In this document: piece after piece, positions 1 to 31,565 of the stretch
Layout: each line of letters starts with the position of its first letter
Numbering within the stretch: the first letter of the stretch is position 1
NCBI RefSeq assembly: GCF_009914755.1
Contig: NC_060943.1
Strand: one strand, 5' to 3'
Length of the DNA stretch: 64,000 nt
Source: the human T2T-CHM13v2.0 reference genome, Homo sapiens
Program-made: the position numbers and the translations under genes
Notes under the pieces: generated by a model
Databases searched by the model: none
Told to the model about the DNA's origin: nothing
Seen by the model: the letters and a program-made list of their open reading frames with translations, nothing else

Positions 1-4865
<4,865 letters not shown>

Positions 4866-5008
4866 GGCTGGAGCCCCCATGGCCAGCCCAGCCTGGCTCT
4901 GTTCTCTGTCCTGTCACCCCATCCCCACTCCCCTGGTGGCCTGACTCCCACTCCCTGGTGGCCCCATCCCCCAGTTCCTCACGATATGGTTTTTACTTCT
5001 GTGGATTT

Positions 5009-5014
5009 AATAAA
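5009..5014 (+). terminator. TRIM28 polyadenylation signal AATAAA
   Basis: AATAAA ~145 nt after the stop codon, followed by GT-rich downstream sequence. Confidence 0.85.
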
Positions 5015-5892
5015 AACTTCACCAGTTCCTCAGGCGTTGGCTGGTTGGGGGACTGTGGTCCTGGGGCCTGGTTTATTGACTGTATCTACTAGTCAGCCTT
5101 ATCAAGCACTGGTGGCACAAGGGAGGGGGGTCTTGTCCCCCACCTATCGAAGCCCATGTGTATGGATGCCTAGGGAGTGGGGAAGACTGCCTCCTTGCCC
5201 TTTCTGGGTATGGGGAGGGTCACCCAGGGCAAAGGATGTACACACTAGAGGCTTGTTGGGTACCCTGTGGGATACTGGGTAGGTGTGACCTACATCCCTG
5301 TGTAGGCAGGGTTAGCCCCAGGTGTAGCACAGCCACTCTACTGAATGCTTCCTAAATTTTGGTGCTGTAGCTGTTTCTCATCTTCAGAAGGTCCCACAGT
5401 GAACTGAGACCTTCCAGATGTGGTTTTTTTCCCTGTCTCCCTTTGCTGAGTCCACTTAACATTATCATTCATCTCTGTGTTATGATTTAGTTACTCTACA
5501 GTCGAGCCTGTGTGAATCCCAAGGCCACCCCCTTGCCTCTATTGGTTGGTCTGGACTGTCCTTGAGTGTTGTCATTAAACCATCACTGGACCAAACAGTG
5601 TTGGACACTACAGCCTGGCAGATGAGGCCTGGACTCTCAAGATCCTACCAGGGTGTTTGGGCAGTCCAGTATCTTGGGAGAGGTGATGGAGAAGGGCCCA
5701 CAGCTCACCTGAAGCTCCCAGCTCCTGAAAATCCCAGGTGGACTTTGCTTGTTCACCCCTGCCCCAAACCCCCACCCTTAGCTTAGTACCAAGTGCCTCT
5801 TGCCTTAGTGATGCCCATCCTCCCAGGGACCCCAGTCTGGTCCCACATCAGGCCAAAAGTCACATGGGCCTGGAGACTAGTGTCAAATCTCT

Positions 5893-5898
5893 TTTATT
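5893..5898 (-). terminator. CHMP2A polyadenylation signal AATAAA
   Basis: TTTATT on the + strand, ~65 nt beyond the CHMP2A stop. Confidence 0.85.
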
Positions 5899-5960
5899 AC
5901 AGAGGGGTTGTGGTAAAAGATCCTGGGCATCCACTGGTTATCTCGGAGTGGCAGGGGCAC

Positions 5961-8525
<2,565 letters not shown>

Positions 8526-9199
8526 GATGGTAGAAGCTCACTGGCAGGCCTGAGACAGATGTGAGTGAGGCCCAGTTGTAGGGCATGGGGCCCAGGAGGG
8601 CAAGAAGCAGAACAGGGTCACGGGAGCCTTGCCAAATGGGAAGGGGCTAACGGAGACTGGAGGCAGGAATGAGGAGCCAAAAGGGAGCAGCTGAGAACAC
8701 TGGGATTGTCCCGGGGACACATAAAGGGGGACAGGTAGACCTGAAAATTATCCAAGTGCTGGCCCGAGCCCCTCCTTCATCGCCATGCCCCAAAAGAAGT
8801 TATGGCTTGCAAGTTCAGCTTCCCTCTCCAGAACTATGGGTGAGGCCCTGGAGTCCTTGATACGACTGAGAGCGGGGGATGACGCGGGCCGGTGCACCGG
8901 TGTTTTGGAGACTGTGGGCACCGAGGACAGAGCAATTGTGGGGGTTCTGATAGAGGAGGACAGGATGGGCGGAAACGCTAAGTACCAAGAACAGGTGAAT
9001 GTGGGGCTGTGAAGCTCAGGACAAGGCATTAGGATTTGGGGACCCTGAATGCTGAGGGAGACGGTTGGGGGCGCTGGGGCATCCTGTACACTGAGGACGG
9101 GATGATGGAGATTCGGTCGCACTATACACCGAGGACAGTCAGTGGGCCCGGCACCAAAGCAAGGTGGTGTTGGAGACCTCGATGTTGACGACAGGGTCC

Positions 9200-9620
9200 C
9201 AGGGAGAAGCGAGGCACCGGACACCCGGGCGAGTAGAAGGCCTCGTACGCTGCCGCCCGCACGCCCGCCCGGGATCCACGGTCCAGCAGGGGCCACTCAC
9301 CGGAGCTGGGACGGACACCCGTTTCCGCTTCCGGGTCACGCTTCTCTTTCTGGGATCCCCGACTTGCCCACCAACTAAGGCCCCTCGGTCCTGTCGCCGC
9401 CGCCGCCGTTTCCGGATTAAACGACGTGACGTAACATGCCCCGCCCGCACCCGGAAGGTTGGGAAACTCCAGGAGCGCGCGTGCGCCCGTGCCCCGGAAC
9501 GGGCCAGCGTCCGAGCGCATGCGCAACAGCTCCCGTTTCCTCTGCGCGTCCGAGTGTTTCATGTTTTGAGTCCCGCCCGAGTGACCCAAGCCAGTACCGG
9601 GGTGGGCGCTTTCCACCCAA
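9200..9620 (-). promoter_or_regulatory. CHMP2A CpG-island promoter
   Basis: CpG-dense. Contains ETS CCGGAA motifs, CRE-like GACGTGACGT (9424-9433) and NRF1 GCGCATGCGCA (9515-9525). Confidence 0.8.
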
Positions 9621-10040
9621 CCTCCACTTGAGGACCCAGCTTATTCGTGAGACCTTGACTTCTGCCTGAGGCCTCAGATAGAAGGAGCCTCAGAAGGCTC
9701 CTCCTCCTCGGTGGGCCCACCCACACAAGAAAGGGGCAAAGCTAGAGATGGCTTGTTTCTTCCACTTTGCTGGCCTCTTGGCCAGGAAGCCACAGGTCAC
9801 TGGATCCTGCCTACGCTTCTCATCCTAGAGTAGGCTTCATCCCAACCAACCCCAGGCACAGTCCTGGTATCCCCACCAACTTTAGAGCTGCCCCAGGCAC
9901 TGGGCAGCCTGTTGTAGGGTGCTCCAATGCCACCTGTGACCACACCTTCCACCACCCCAGCTTTGCAGGCCCTAATGGACCTCAGCTGCCCCTCCCACCC
10001 CATAGAAGTAAGAAGCAGAGGCCATGCAGTAACATTCCCC

Positions 10041-10046
10041 TTTAAT
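10041..10046 (-). terminator. probable UBE2M polyadenylation signal ATTAAA
   Basis: TTTAAT on the + strand, ~360 nt beyond the UBE2M stop; the first canonical-type hexamer I found there. Confidence 0.6.
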
Positions 10047-10401
10047 AGCCTGGTGGGACCTCCAGAGGTGGAGGGGTGGGTTGCCTGGGCCCAGCTACCC
10101 AGGCCCGTTGCCCACCCACTCCACAGCCCAGAGTGGGGGCTGAACAAGCACCCAGCAGGGGGGCTAGACAAGCCAATTCATTTCCCATCGCTGAGTGGGT
10201 CGGGGGAGGCAGCGCCGACCTTAATCACATGGTGTTAAAAAAAAAAAAATAACTAGGGGCACGTGGCAGGAAGGGGAGGCAAGGCCAAGGCAGGGGATTC
10301 CCCCACCGGCCGCCCCCCAAACCCCTACCCATGGCCCCCAATAAATATTTGCAGGGGATGCCAGGGCTTGTGGCCGTGGCGGGGGTGGGTATGCGCCAAC
10401 C

Positions 10402-12694
10402 CTATTTCAGGCAGCGCTCAAAGTAGGTGGAGCCGATGTAGCCACCCCGCATGGAGCGCTGCACGTTCTGCTCAAACAGCCGCCGGTTGTTCTGCAGGAC
10501 CTCTGCGGCCTCCTTGTTCAGTGGGTCCTCGGGGTTGGGCTCCTGTGGCCAGTACAGGTAGGGGGGGTCAACAGGCCAGAGGGACAGAAGGCCAATCTCC
10601 CCAGACCCAACCACCTATTCCTACTCACCAAGAAGAGATACTGCAGGCCATAAATTATGGAGTTTATCGTAAGGACTGGCTTCCAGTCCTCTCTGTGGAC
10701 AGAGAGCATCAGGGTCAGGGCTTGGTGAGTGGGAGACTGCCACAGGCCCCTCTGGTGTTGGGCAGGTCAGATCCAGGGCATAGGAGAGTGAGCATGTGAG
10801 AGGCTGGGAGGGAGGGTGTGGAGCAGGACAGGCCAAGGAGAAAACCAAGGTCAGGCCATGAGGAAGATGACTGGGAAATCAAGAAACCACAGACAACAAA
10901 GGGGTGGGAAGGGACAGAGTCTGATGTAGTGCCCACAAGACCATGAGGGAGGCCTGGCAGGCAGCGCTGAGGAGGGCATTAGAGGGCCAGTGTCCTCACC
11001 TGAGGATGTTGAGGCAGACGTTGCCCTCGAGGTCAATGTTGGGGTGATAGACCATTGTCTCACACTTCACCTTGGGGGGATCATGCGGGTAACCCTGGCC
11101 CACCTGGCTCCAGGAAAAGAAAAGAGAGATGGGTAGGTGCCTGGAAGGGCCTCAGCTGCTGCCTCCTCTGTCCAGGGAGCCATCCCTGCCCGCCTGGGAC
11201 TCACCTTAAAACTGAACACAAACTTCCCACTCTTGTAGAAGCCCTGGGAGGAAAAGGGGGAGAAGAAAATTTTAGGGTTCCATCCTGTGGGGCCCGATGG
11301 GCAGAACATGTCTCCCTCCTCTCAGTGGGGACACCCTTGGTTTGCTCCTGGGAATTCAGCCATATGCACCCTCACCTCATCAGGACAGATGACCAGCTTG
11401 AAGTTGAGGAGGTCGTCTGGATCTGAGAAGCTGATATCACACGTCTTGGGCAGGTTCAGCTCGTTTATGTCTGGGTTTGGGTAGCAGAGAGTCGGGAACA
11501 GAAAGAGGGAGGGGAAGAGAGAGAGAGAGGGAGCCAGCAGGACACTTAGGGCGGGTGTTTGTTAGCAGAGCCCCCATCGTCTCCTCCTGGACCCCCAGGC
11601 GCCTCTCCTGGGCTGTGCTCCACACCTCCAGCCCTCTCCCTGCTCCCCAGCTTGGCTCTTGTGGATACACAGCATACCCCAAACATGCATGTTCAGCTGT
11701 GTATGCGTGTCCCAACTCCTGGCCCAGGGTGACCCCCAACTTTTCTGTATCCACAGCTCCCAAATGCCCCCACTCCCAAACATCCTCTGACCGCCCTAAA
11801 CCCCAGGCTCCCCATCCATGACCTCCACTCTACAGTATCTACCTGTTCACCCAAACTCAAAGATCCTGCCCACCCCCACCAACCCTCAGTCCTCACTGTC
11901 CTTCCTCTTCTCTGTCTCTCAGACCCAGCTTTCCATGTGACCCCCACACTCTCAAGTCCCCAACCCCCGCCACCCTACCCCACCCCCTCTGACTCTGAGG
12001 TTCACAGCACAATAGCCTAAATTTCCCCTCACCCCTGTCTCCAATCCCTGGTACTCATTAACCTTCCCTCCTCCACCTGTCACCCCAAACCCCAAATTGC
12101 TGTGACTCAGGCAGGCCCATGAGTCCCTGGTCCTCCAACCTACTTCACCCGTTTGACTCTGAGATTCCCAGAGACCCCAGCATAATAAACTAAATCCTCT
12201 TCCACTCATATCCCCAACCCCTGGCCTCTACTATCCCTCTCTTCTCCGCCTGTCACCCCAAACCCAAGTTCCCGTCTAACCCCCAGACTCTCGAGTCGCC
12301 AGTTCCTCCACTCCACTGCCTGACTCTGAGATTCCGAGTCCCTAGTAGCAGACACCAGGCCTTCCTAATATCCTAAACCACCACATACCGGGCCCCTATC
12401 TCTGACCCCCTCCCCGTGACTGCATGATCCCAACCCTCAAGACTTGACCTCCGACCCCCCCCACGCTCGGGGCCCTTCACCTCTGACCCTCAGCAACCGC
12501 ATTACCCCTTCCTGACTCCCACATCACCCTGCCTCAGGCCCTGACCTCCGACCTCCGGCTCCAACCCCATCCCCTGACCCCCTACCCTTCTGGATCCGCA
12601 GCTGCGCCGCCGACGCCTTCTTGCTGCTGCCCTTGGTGCCGCCCGCCGACTCCTCCTCCTTCTTCTGCTGCTTCAGCGAGAACAGCTTGATCAT
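10402..12694 (-). CDS. UBE2M: UBE2M (UBC12, NEDD8-conjugating E2), 183 aa
   Basis: Exons 12586-12694, 11376-11470, 11205-11243, 11000-11103, 10629-10692, 10402-10542 total 552 nt. N-terminus [34 protein letters not shown] catalytic region, C-terminus YFERCLK. Confidence 0.98.
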
Positions 12695-14080
12695 CCTGCC
12701 GCCGCCGCCGCCGCTGCCGCCGCCGCGGGGCCCGGGACCCCGGCCACCCGGCCCCCCGCCGCCGCCCGCGTCGCCTCCGCTCCTCGGACCCGCAGCTGCG
12801 GCCTCCTCCGCTGCTGCCGCCACCCGCCCGGCCTGCCGCGCCGCTCCGCTCCTCTCCGCGCCCACCGCGCGGCCCGCCTCGGCTCCCGTAGTCCGGCTCC
12901 GGCCTGGCCCAGCGCCTCGGACTCGCTCGGCAGCGCTCGGCCAAATTCGGCTGTTCTCGGGCCCGCCCGGCCCCGCCCCCACTGCCCGGGGCCGCTCCTT
13001 CCTTGCCCTCGCCAACTCTGGTCTCAGGCCCCGCTGCAGCTGCGGACTCGGGGCTCCCCCGACCGTGCCGTTTGGCCGCTCAGCTGATCCCTCCGCGAGG
13101 GGGTGCGGCTAGGGGTGGGAGGAGGACACGGCAGCTGCGGTGACGGCGGGCGGGTACTGGAGGATCGTCTTCCGCGGCAGCAGCGGCTTTAGCGCGGAGG
13201 TCGGCAACGGCCTCGGGCGCCCCGCCGCTTCGGATATTTCCGCCGCCTGCCCGCTTTGGCTCTTCCCGCCCGGCCTGCGTTGTGCGCCTGCGCAGCCGCC
13301 GCAAACCCGCGTTGCTCAGCGATGGAGTTTGGGGTTCGGCCTCCTTCGGCTGGACTCGGGCATTTCCGTTCATGGAGATGACGCTTCGGCGGCCTTGCAG
13401 GTCACTTCCGGCGACTTTCGCGGGGCCGGGCAGGAAGCGGAGTTAGTCGCCATCTTTGAGTGGGGCAGACGTGGGCCGCTTTTGCTCGCGGTCACTTCAT
13501 CTTAAGTTGTATATATGTGCAGAGCGCGGCGCGGGTGGTCACCTCCGCTGCTGCCGCCACCCGCCCGGCCTGCCTTTGACCCTATGGGTCACAGACAAGG
13601 CAGGGTGATCGCGGCAAGACCCTGAGTGAGACTAGATGCGTTACCCAGAGGGTGCGAGGTCGAGTACCTTCCCTGTCCCATCGCAAACCCAAAGATCCCC
13701 GTTCCTGGAGATTCTGATTGAGGTAAACTAACAAAACATGTATTGTGCCAGAGAGTGGTAAGCACTGTGGAGGGTTACAGTGGTGTAGGGGAAGACCTGT
13801 CGGGGTGGACACTTGGGGAACGCGACGTGGGGGCGGAATCGGGCCGCTATTGGCGTGGGCCTCAAGTTCCAGCGGACACGCACTGCAGCCTCTGCGCTTC
13901 CCCCACTATCTGGAAAAGGGGATGGAGGCGGGGGTCAGCTTCCCATCCAATCACAGCTCAGCGTGCCTCGGAGGGCGGGAGGAAACGGAACTCTGCCGGT
14001 CAGCGACTTCCGGCCGTCACCACGGAAACTGCCAGCCCCGTGAGCGCATGGTGTGGCACTTGCCTGCGGAGGGGCCCAGG
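12590..14080. promoter_or_regulatory. bidirectional CpG island: UBE2M (-) / MZF1-AS1 (+)
   Basis: Very high CpG content; (GCC)n in the UBE2M 5'UTR; ETS CACTTCCGG (13403-13411) and CAGGAAGCGG; YY1 CGCCATCTTT (13448-13457); CCAAT boxes near 13850 and 13947. Confidence 0.85.
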
Positions 14081-16257
14081 CGCCACTCCTCTGATTCTGC
14101 AGATGCTCCCCCAGGAGTGGCTTCTGGCCAAGGCCAAGCCCCTTCTTTGAAACTGCCTTTCAGCCTGTGTTACCTGCACCCAAGTCACCCACTGGAGGGT
14201 TGGGGGAGAGGGGCTGTGTGAAGGACCTGGACAATGGGATGGAAGGGGAAGATGGCTAGGGCAAAATAGGCAATGGCACTGGGTCCTGGAGACGCTGCCC
14301 TGAAGCCTGCAGTATGCTGAACTTATGCTCTCAGCATCTGTCCACTTTCACCTAAGCTGCGTTTCCACTGGTTTGCTGCTGAATCTACTCCTGACTGAAA
14401 CCTTCCAATGTGCATGGGGCCAGGGTGGGAGAAGCCTTCAGCTCTAGCGATGGGAATGATCACCACAGGGCAGGGAAACTGGCCCAGGGCCTGCAGCCTT
14501 TGCTTCTCAGACTGGCTGGGGTTCCATCTGCAGGGTCCTACACCCTCATCACCTGCTGCTTGTGAACACGAGAACAGGAAAGTCTTGAAAAATCTGAATT
14601 TCCAGGTGAAATCTTCTAGTTTTAAAACTAGGAAATGGTTTCCTAGGTGTAAAGGAGTTTTACAAAGACATCCTGAGGCAGAATCTGGATCACCAGGTGT
14701 CAGTTTGCTCCTGCTGGATCGCATAATCTTGGTTGGCTAGGGAGATTCTGGCCTGTCTGGGTCCTTTCCTGGGGTTTGGCTTGGCCCATGGCCCAGGGGA
14801 CAGCCGTGACAGGGTGTGGAGGGGAGCATGCAGGTTGCAGGCATCAAGTTTAGGCACAGTACCACCCACAAACCTGGGGGTTGGCAGATCCAAGTGGGAT
14901 CCTTGGCTCCCAGCTGTAAGAAGTGCTGTGACCCCACTGCTTCCCTTTGTTCCTCTAGTACTAAGAGTGAGATGCTGAATGTCCCCATGAGTACAACTCT
15001 TCAGCGGGTACTCCTACTGATAGGTAGATAAAGGTAGAAAGCTTTGGCCGCTCAGGACCACTTTAGGGAGTAGGGTGCTGTTAGGGTAAGGGTAGCTGTA
15101 CAGCTGAGCTGGGGTGGGAGAGGTAGTATCATGGGAATGAATCATTAACGCTGACTTGGAGCAAGGAGGACTGGTGCTCAGGAGGCTGGTAACCTCCCTG
15201 AGGATTGAGTGTTCTCCCAGCCCTTGGAGGCCCTGGTCTCAGTGTCAAGGGAAAATCCCATGGGATTTCATCACCAGACAAGGCTGGGCTCCAGACCTAC
15301 CCACCTAGGCATCACTGTGCAGGGCAGAGACTACAAACACCTCTCTTCACTTGCAGATCTGTTAAGGGCAGGCTGGAACAGGGGTTGGAAAGGGAGAAGA
15401 GACTAGGCCAGCACCACCTCTTCCCCTTGGCAACAGCAGGTCCTTCCAGGAGCAACAGTTTTTACATACCTCCCAGAACCAGGCTCACTGGGCCCCTTGG
15501 AGACACCCACACCAGTGCCCCCTCAGGAGTCTCCTAGGCCTATGGGGCACCCTCTTGAGAACAGAGACCTCCAGACCAGCTGAGCAGTACCCCCTCAGGC
15601 CCACAGGGCTTCCCTGCCAGCTAAGAGACCCCAGGACTGGCTCAGCAGTGCCCTCTTCTCAGGGGCCTGAGTTCCAGCTCCATGGGAAACTCATTGGAGC
15701 TTCTAAGTTGCAATGCTTCCCTTTGTTCCTCTAGTCCTAAGGGTCTAGCTGCTTCCTGCAGGAACTTTCCCATTTCTAAGACAGATTGACTTAACCTTCT
15801 CACTCTCCCATCAATCACCTAACACCTAGTTAGCTGTGCTCTGTCTCTTGATGGGACTCAATCAGATCAGGCATGGCACCATGCTATGCACATATGTACT
15901 CTTGGTGGATGCTCACAGAGAACATTTCTTCCTCTCTGGGTTTGAGAAACCGAGGTCCATTGCCCAGGGAGAGCTGAAGCTGGACTGCCCAGGGCAGTTC
16001 TGCCCCACCTGCTGCTGGTCCATTCCCTCTGTAAACTAGAAGCTGGGTATAGCGGCCATCCCACACGCGGGGTAGGTGATGCTAGGAGCCACCTCTCTCA
16101 GGGTGAAGAGGGGTGTTGTGGAGGTGAACCCTCACAGGAACCACGTGGTTACAGAGGGAGCACACCAGCCCAGCACTCGGGGGGCTGGAGGGTGGGGAGT
16201 GAAGGACGCACAGGTAGGGAGGCACTGAGTGGGTGGAGACCCAGTTTCCATCTACTG

Positions 16258-16263
16258 TTTATT
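16258..16263 (-). terminator. MZF1 polyadenylation signal AATAAA
   Basis: TTTATT on the + strand, ~120 nt past the stop. Confidence 0.85.
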
Positions 16264-16384
16264 GGACACCTACAGTAGCCAAGCCCTGGGCGGACCTGCT
16301 TATACTTATGTAATCGCCAGCCTCACAATAACCAGGGGAGGTAGGTGTTCTGACCATGGCGGACACAGTGCGTCCCGGCTGGAG

Positions 16385-25703
<9,319 letters not shown>

Positions 25704-25994
25704 AGAGGGTACCAGGTCAGGTATCTGAGGCCAGTGTCTGCCCCTGGTGAAGAAATAGGATGAGGCTGTTGCAAAAGGAGTACAGTGAATGCTTCACTGC
25801 CTAGTCTATGCTGTACCGTTTGATCCTCAGACCTACCCCATGTGGAAGGCAGATGAGGAAACAGGCAAAGAAAGGCCATCTACAACCCACAGACTTATGC
25901 AGCTGGAAGCCCTCCCTTAGCCACCTGTATCCCTGGTCTTCTCTCCGCTTGGGCCTGTGCAAAGTCTCTGACAGTCTCCCTGCTCCAAACACAG

Positions 25995-26290
25995 GCTTTT
26001 TTTTCTTTTCTTTGAGACATGCTGTCAGTCAGTTGCCCAGGCTGAAGTGCAGTGGCGAGATCATGCGTCACTGCAGACTTGACCTCCCGGGCTCCAGAGA
26101 TCGGCCTCCCAAGTAGCTGAGACAACAGGTGTGTGCCACGACATCCGGCTAATTTCTTAATTTTTCTGTAGGGATGGGATCTTACTATGTTGCCTAGGCT
26201 GTTCTTGAACTCCTGGGCTCAAGCAGATGATCCTCTTACCTTGACCTCCCGAAGTGCTGGGACTTACAGGTTTGTTCCACCATGCCAGCC
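25995..26290 (-). mobile_element. AluJ-like element
   Basis: Poly-T plus a diverged reverse Alu in MZF1 intron 1. Confidence 0.8.
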
Positions 26291-26899
26291 CACAGGCTGT
26301 TTTTTAGGACTAGAAGACACTTCTCTCCCCTGTATCCTTCCCTTCTTCTACATGTGCAACCTCATTCCTGCGCTACAGCTCTCTCTTTACCAGGTGGATG
26401 GCACCTATACACCTACAGCCTGGGCATCAGCATCACTGCTGGCGTCTCCCCCTACCCAACGCCAGCCCTTACTTCACCTTCTATTCTCTCATCTACTTCG
26501 ATGTGGCTCCTCATTTGGGCCCCACCATCATTCCCCTCCCTGCTTGGAAGCCTCACTCCACCTAATCCTCCATGTCAACCTGTGCAGTCACTTGTATGGC
26601 TCAGCTCCCAGGCAGCACCCTCTCTCCCTACTCAGCCCCATCTTCTAAGCCCAACATCACACTACGCAATGCCCCATCTCAGCTTCCTGATTTAGCTGGG
26701 GTTGGAAGGGGATGGGGGAGCTTCGCAATGGGTGGGGGGGCGGCAAAGGCTCCAAGACTGCCGGAACAGGAGCCTGCAAGGAAGTCCCGAGACTCTGATT
26801 CCGCCCATCTTCAGATCACTGTGCCTTCGAGAACTTGTTTCCCCATTTGCAAGTGGGGCTGACCTCCCTCCTCGCGCTGTTCCTTCTGCAGCTGCGGCT

Positions 26900-28010
26900 T
26901 TAGGAAGGAATCTGCGTTTATGAAGGGGATGGCACCGCAGAATCATTCCCCCGTGGGTGGCATCGATTTCGAGGGCCGCCTCATCCTGGGGGCCAAGCCT
27001 CCACTCTTCAAGGTGCCAAGTCAACCTGAAACCCTGGGAGAGACTTGGGTCATAGCCAAGATGGCAGGTACCTACGGAGGGTCCCGAAATACACTTCCCA
27101 GAAGTCCAGGCGGCAACTTCCGCTCCACGGTGCCAAGGTAGGTCCAGACGACGCCTAGGCAACCGGGGGCGGGGCTCCCAAAGCCTGTCGTCGTGGCAAC
27201 GAGTAGTGATTGACAAGCCTCTCGCTCTAGCCCTGGGCGCTCCCGCAAGGACGGCCCGGATTCGTTCCCCGCGCTTCCGGTCTCACTGGGGAGCCGGAAT
27301 CCCCGAGTCTGCAGCCACCGCCCCCGTCCACACGATAGCCCTCCCGGTTAAGAGGACCCCGCCCTCACCTCTGCGCTCAGCGGGCCGCTCCGCGCTCCTG
27401 AGCACGCGCAGTCTTCGACTTCCCCCTCCCGCTGGACTACGTCTCCCAGGATGCTCCGCGCACCAGCTCGAGCGCCTCCTTGCCCTTCCCCCACCCTCGT
27501 CCCCGTTTCTACACCCTCTCCTCCCTTCCCCTAGCGGTGGTCGCAATGATCAGGTCATACTCCTGGCCGCTTCTTCCCATGCTCCCCGCCTCGAATCCGT
27601 GCGTCGGCATGCGCAAGCCTCTCAGGTACAACAGACGGCAGCACCGCCTACCAGATCGCGCATGCCCCCCACCACGTTTTCCTCACTTCTCTACGGGCCT
27701 TCCTGAGATTAGCAGGATCCTGCACCAATCACGGCCGTCATTAGAACTCCGTCGGTGCCCCACCGCGTCTCCATGGCAACTCCCTACAGGAAGGGGCCTC
27801 TGCTACTTCCTAGACCGCAAAATGGAGAAAGGCTTGGCCCGATGCTTTCCGGCAGATGTAGTCAGCAGGCCCTTCGTGTGTACGTGCGCGCGCGGCGCGA
27901 TGACGTTCCTCTGTGATCATGGGCGAGGGGCGGGCCCTGAACGTCTCCATGGTAACCTGGGGACACGACTCGACATCGCCTGGGTAACCCGGAGACGCGG
28001 CGGGCGTTGA
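26900..28010 (-). promoter_or_regulatory. MZF1 CpG-island promoter
   Basis: CpG island with RFX X-boxes (27767-27780, 27943-27956), a ZNF143/THAP11-type ACTACNNNTCCCA (27436-27448), NRF1-like GCATGCGC and CCAAT. Confidence 0.8.
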
Positions 28011-28709
28011 AAATGCAATGGGGCATGTGGGATGAGGAGGTGGGGAAGGGTACTGGGGCAGAGAGATGCCGATCGATAGAAACAGCGAGGAGAGACGGAG
28101 AGAGACCAGAGACTCAAGGGCAAAGAGAGACGAAGGACCGGCGGGAGGAAGAGAGAGAGAGACAGAGAGACAGACTCACAGACTGGGAGGACCGGAGACT
28201 CGACGCGAGGAGAGACAGTGAAAATAAGTGAACAAACATAGAGACACGGGTCCAAGTTATAAGAGGGCTGAGTGGATCAGAGGGTCAGGGCCGGGCAAAC
28301 AGGTGTCAGAACAGTTAGCAAGAGAGAGGCAGATCAGAAAGGGATGCAGATGAAAGAGACACAAAGAAGGAAACGCAGAATGGGTTCACAGAGACAAGAA
28401 ATGCAGATATCCAGACTCAAGAGGTAGACAAGAAGGGAGAGGGACAGAAACAAGAAGGGAGAAAAGGGACAGAAATTAGAGATACAGTAAGATGGATTGA
28501 CAGTTTTCGAAGACCTAGAGAAAGATGACAGCACGAAGAGAGACAGGGAGAATCCGAGGTAAAACTGTTAGGAAAACTTAGGAGTCCAGATGCTGTCCAG
28601 TTATATGCTACCCTGTACAGGTTGATAGGTTGCAAATGCTTTCTGTCCAGTGTATCGCTTTGTAGCTCACTAAGCAGTTTTGTATCCAACTTTGTGCTTT
28701 TATTTCAGT

Positions 28710-29026
<317 letters not shown>

Positions 29027-29208
29027 AGTGTTTATTCTTCCTTTCCTGTCTTCCTAGAATCATCTTGCTGCTTCCCTCAGTACGGTAAATAAATCTTTTG
29101 ACACATGCTCACTGAGAGTCATGTTTTTAACTGTTTTGAAATTATATTTGGCAGTCTGAAGGGAACCTGTTCTCCGGGCTAGGGGACAAACAGGGAAAAA
29201 GAAAATAG

Positions 29209-30330
<1,122 letters not shown>

Positions 30331-30647
30331 TGGGGCTGCCTGTTGAGAGTGGGAGGGAGAGAATGTGTGAATGTGTGGATGAATTAATTTGCAATTATGG
30401 GAGCGCAGGCGAAGGTGTGAATGTGGGAGAGAGAAGGATGGGCCCAAGAGTGGTTCAGATTTCGGGGCTTTCCCCGATTTCAAAGCTTGAGTTTGAGCCT
30501 TCCCCATGTCCACCCGCCTTTCCCTGTCACTCTAGCTGAGGGCCCTGTGTGCTGTGCCTCCTTGTTTCAAGGCAGGTGCATGGTCCATGGAGGTACTCAT
30601 CATAGGTGTAGTCATTCCACAAAGAACGGTCAGGCGGCATTTGTTCC

Positions 30648-30889
30648 TTTTTTCCTTCCTTCCTCCCTCCCTCCCTCCCTCCCTCCCTCCCTTCTTCCCT
30701 CCCTCCCTTCCTCCCTCTCTTCCTCTCTTCCTTCCTCCCTCTCTTCCTTCCTCCCTCCCTTCCTCCTTTCCTCCCTTCCTCCTTTCCTCCCTTCCTTCCT
30801 TTCCTTCCTTCGTTCCTGTCTTTTTTCCTTCTTTCCTTCCCTCCCTCCTTCCTTCCTTCCTTCCTTTCCTTCCCTTCCTTTCTTCTATC

Positions 30890-30890
<1 letters not shown>
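30648..30890. repeat. (CCCT/CCTT)n polypyrimidine tract
   Basis: Nearly pure C/T microsatellite at an Alu tail. Confidence 0.95.

Positions 30891-31565
<675 letters not shown>

Noticed and set aside
4924-4963. 17-18-bp direct repeat in the TRIM28 3'UTR (CCCACTCCC(C)TGGTGGCC)
   Set aside because: Small slippage duplication with no functional evidence.
12695-13015. In-frame 107-codon upstream extension of UBE2M
   Set aside because: Starts at a non-AUG codon in extremely GC-rich DNA where stops are rare. UBE2M function relies on its acetylated Met1.
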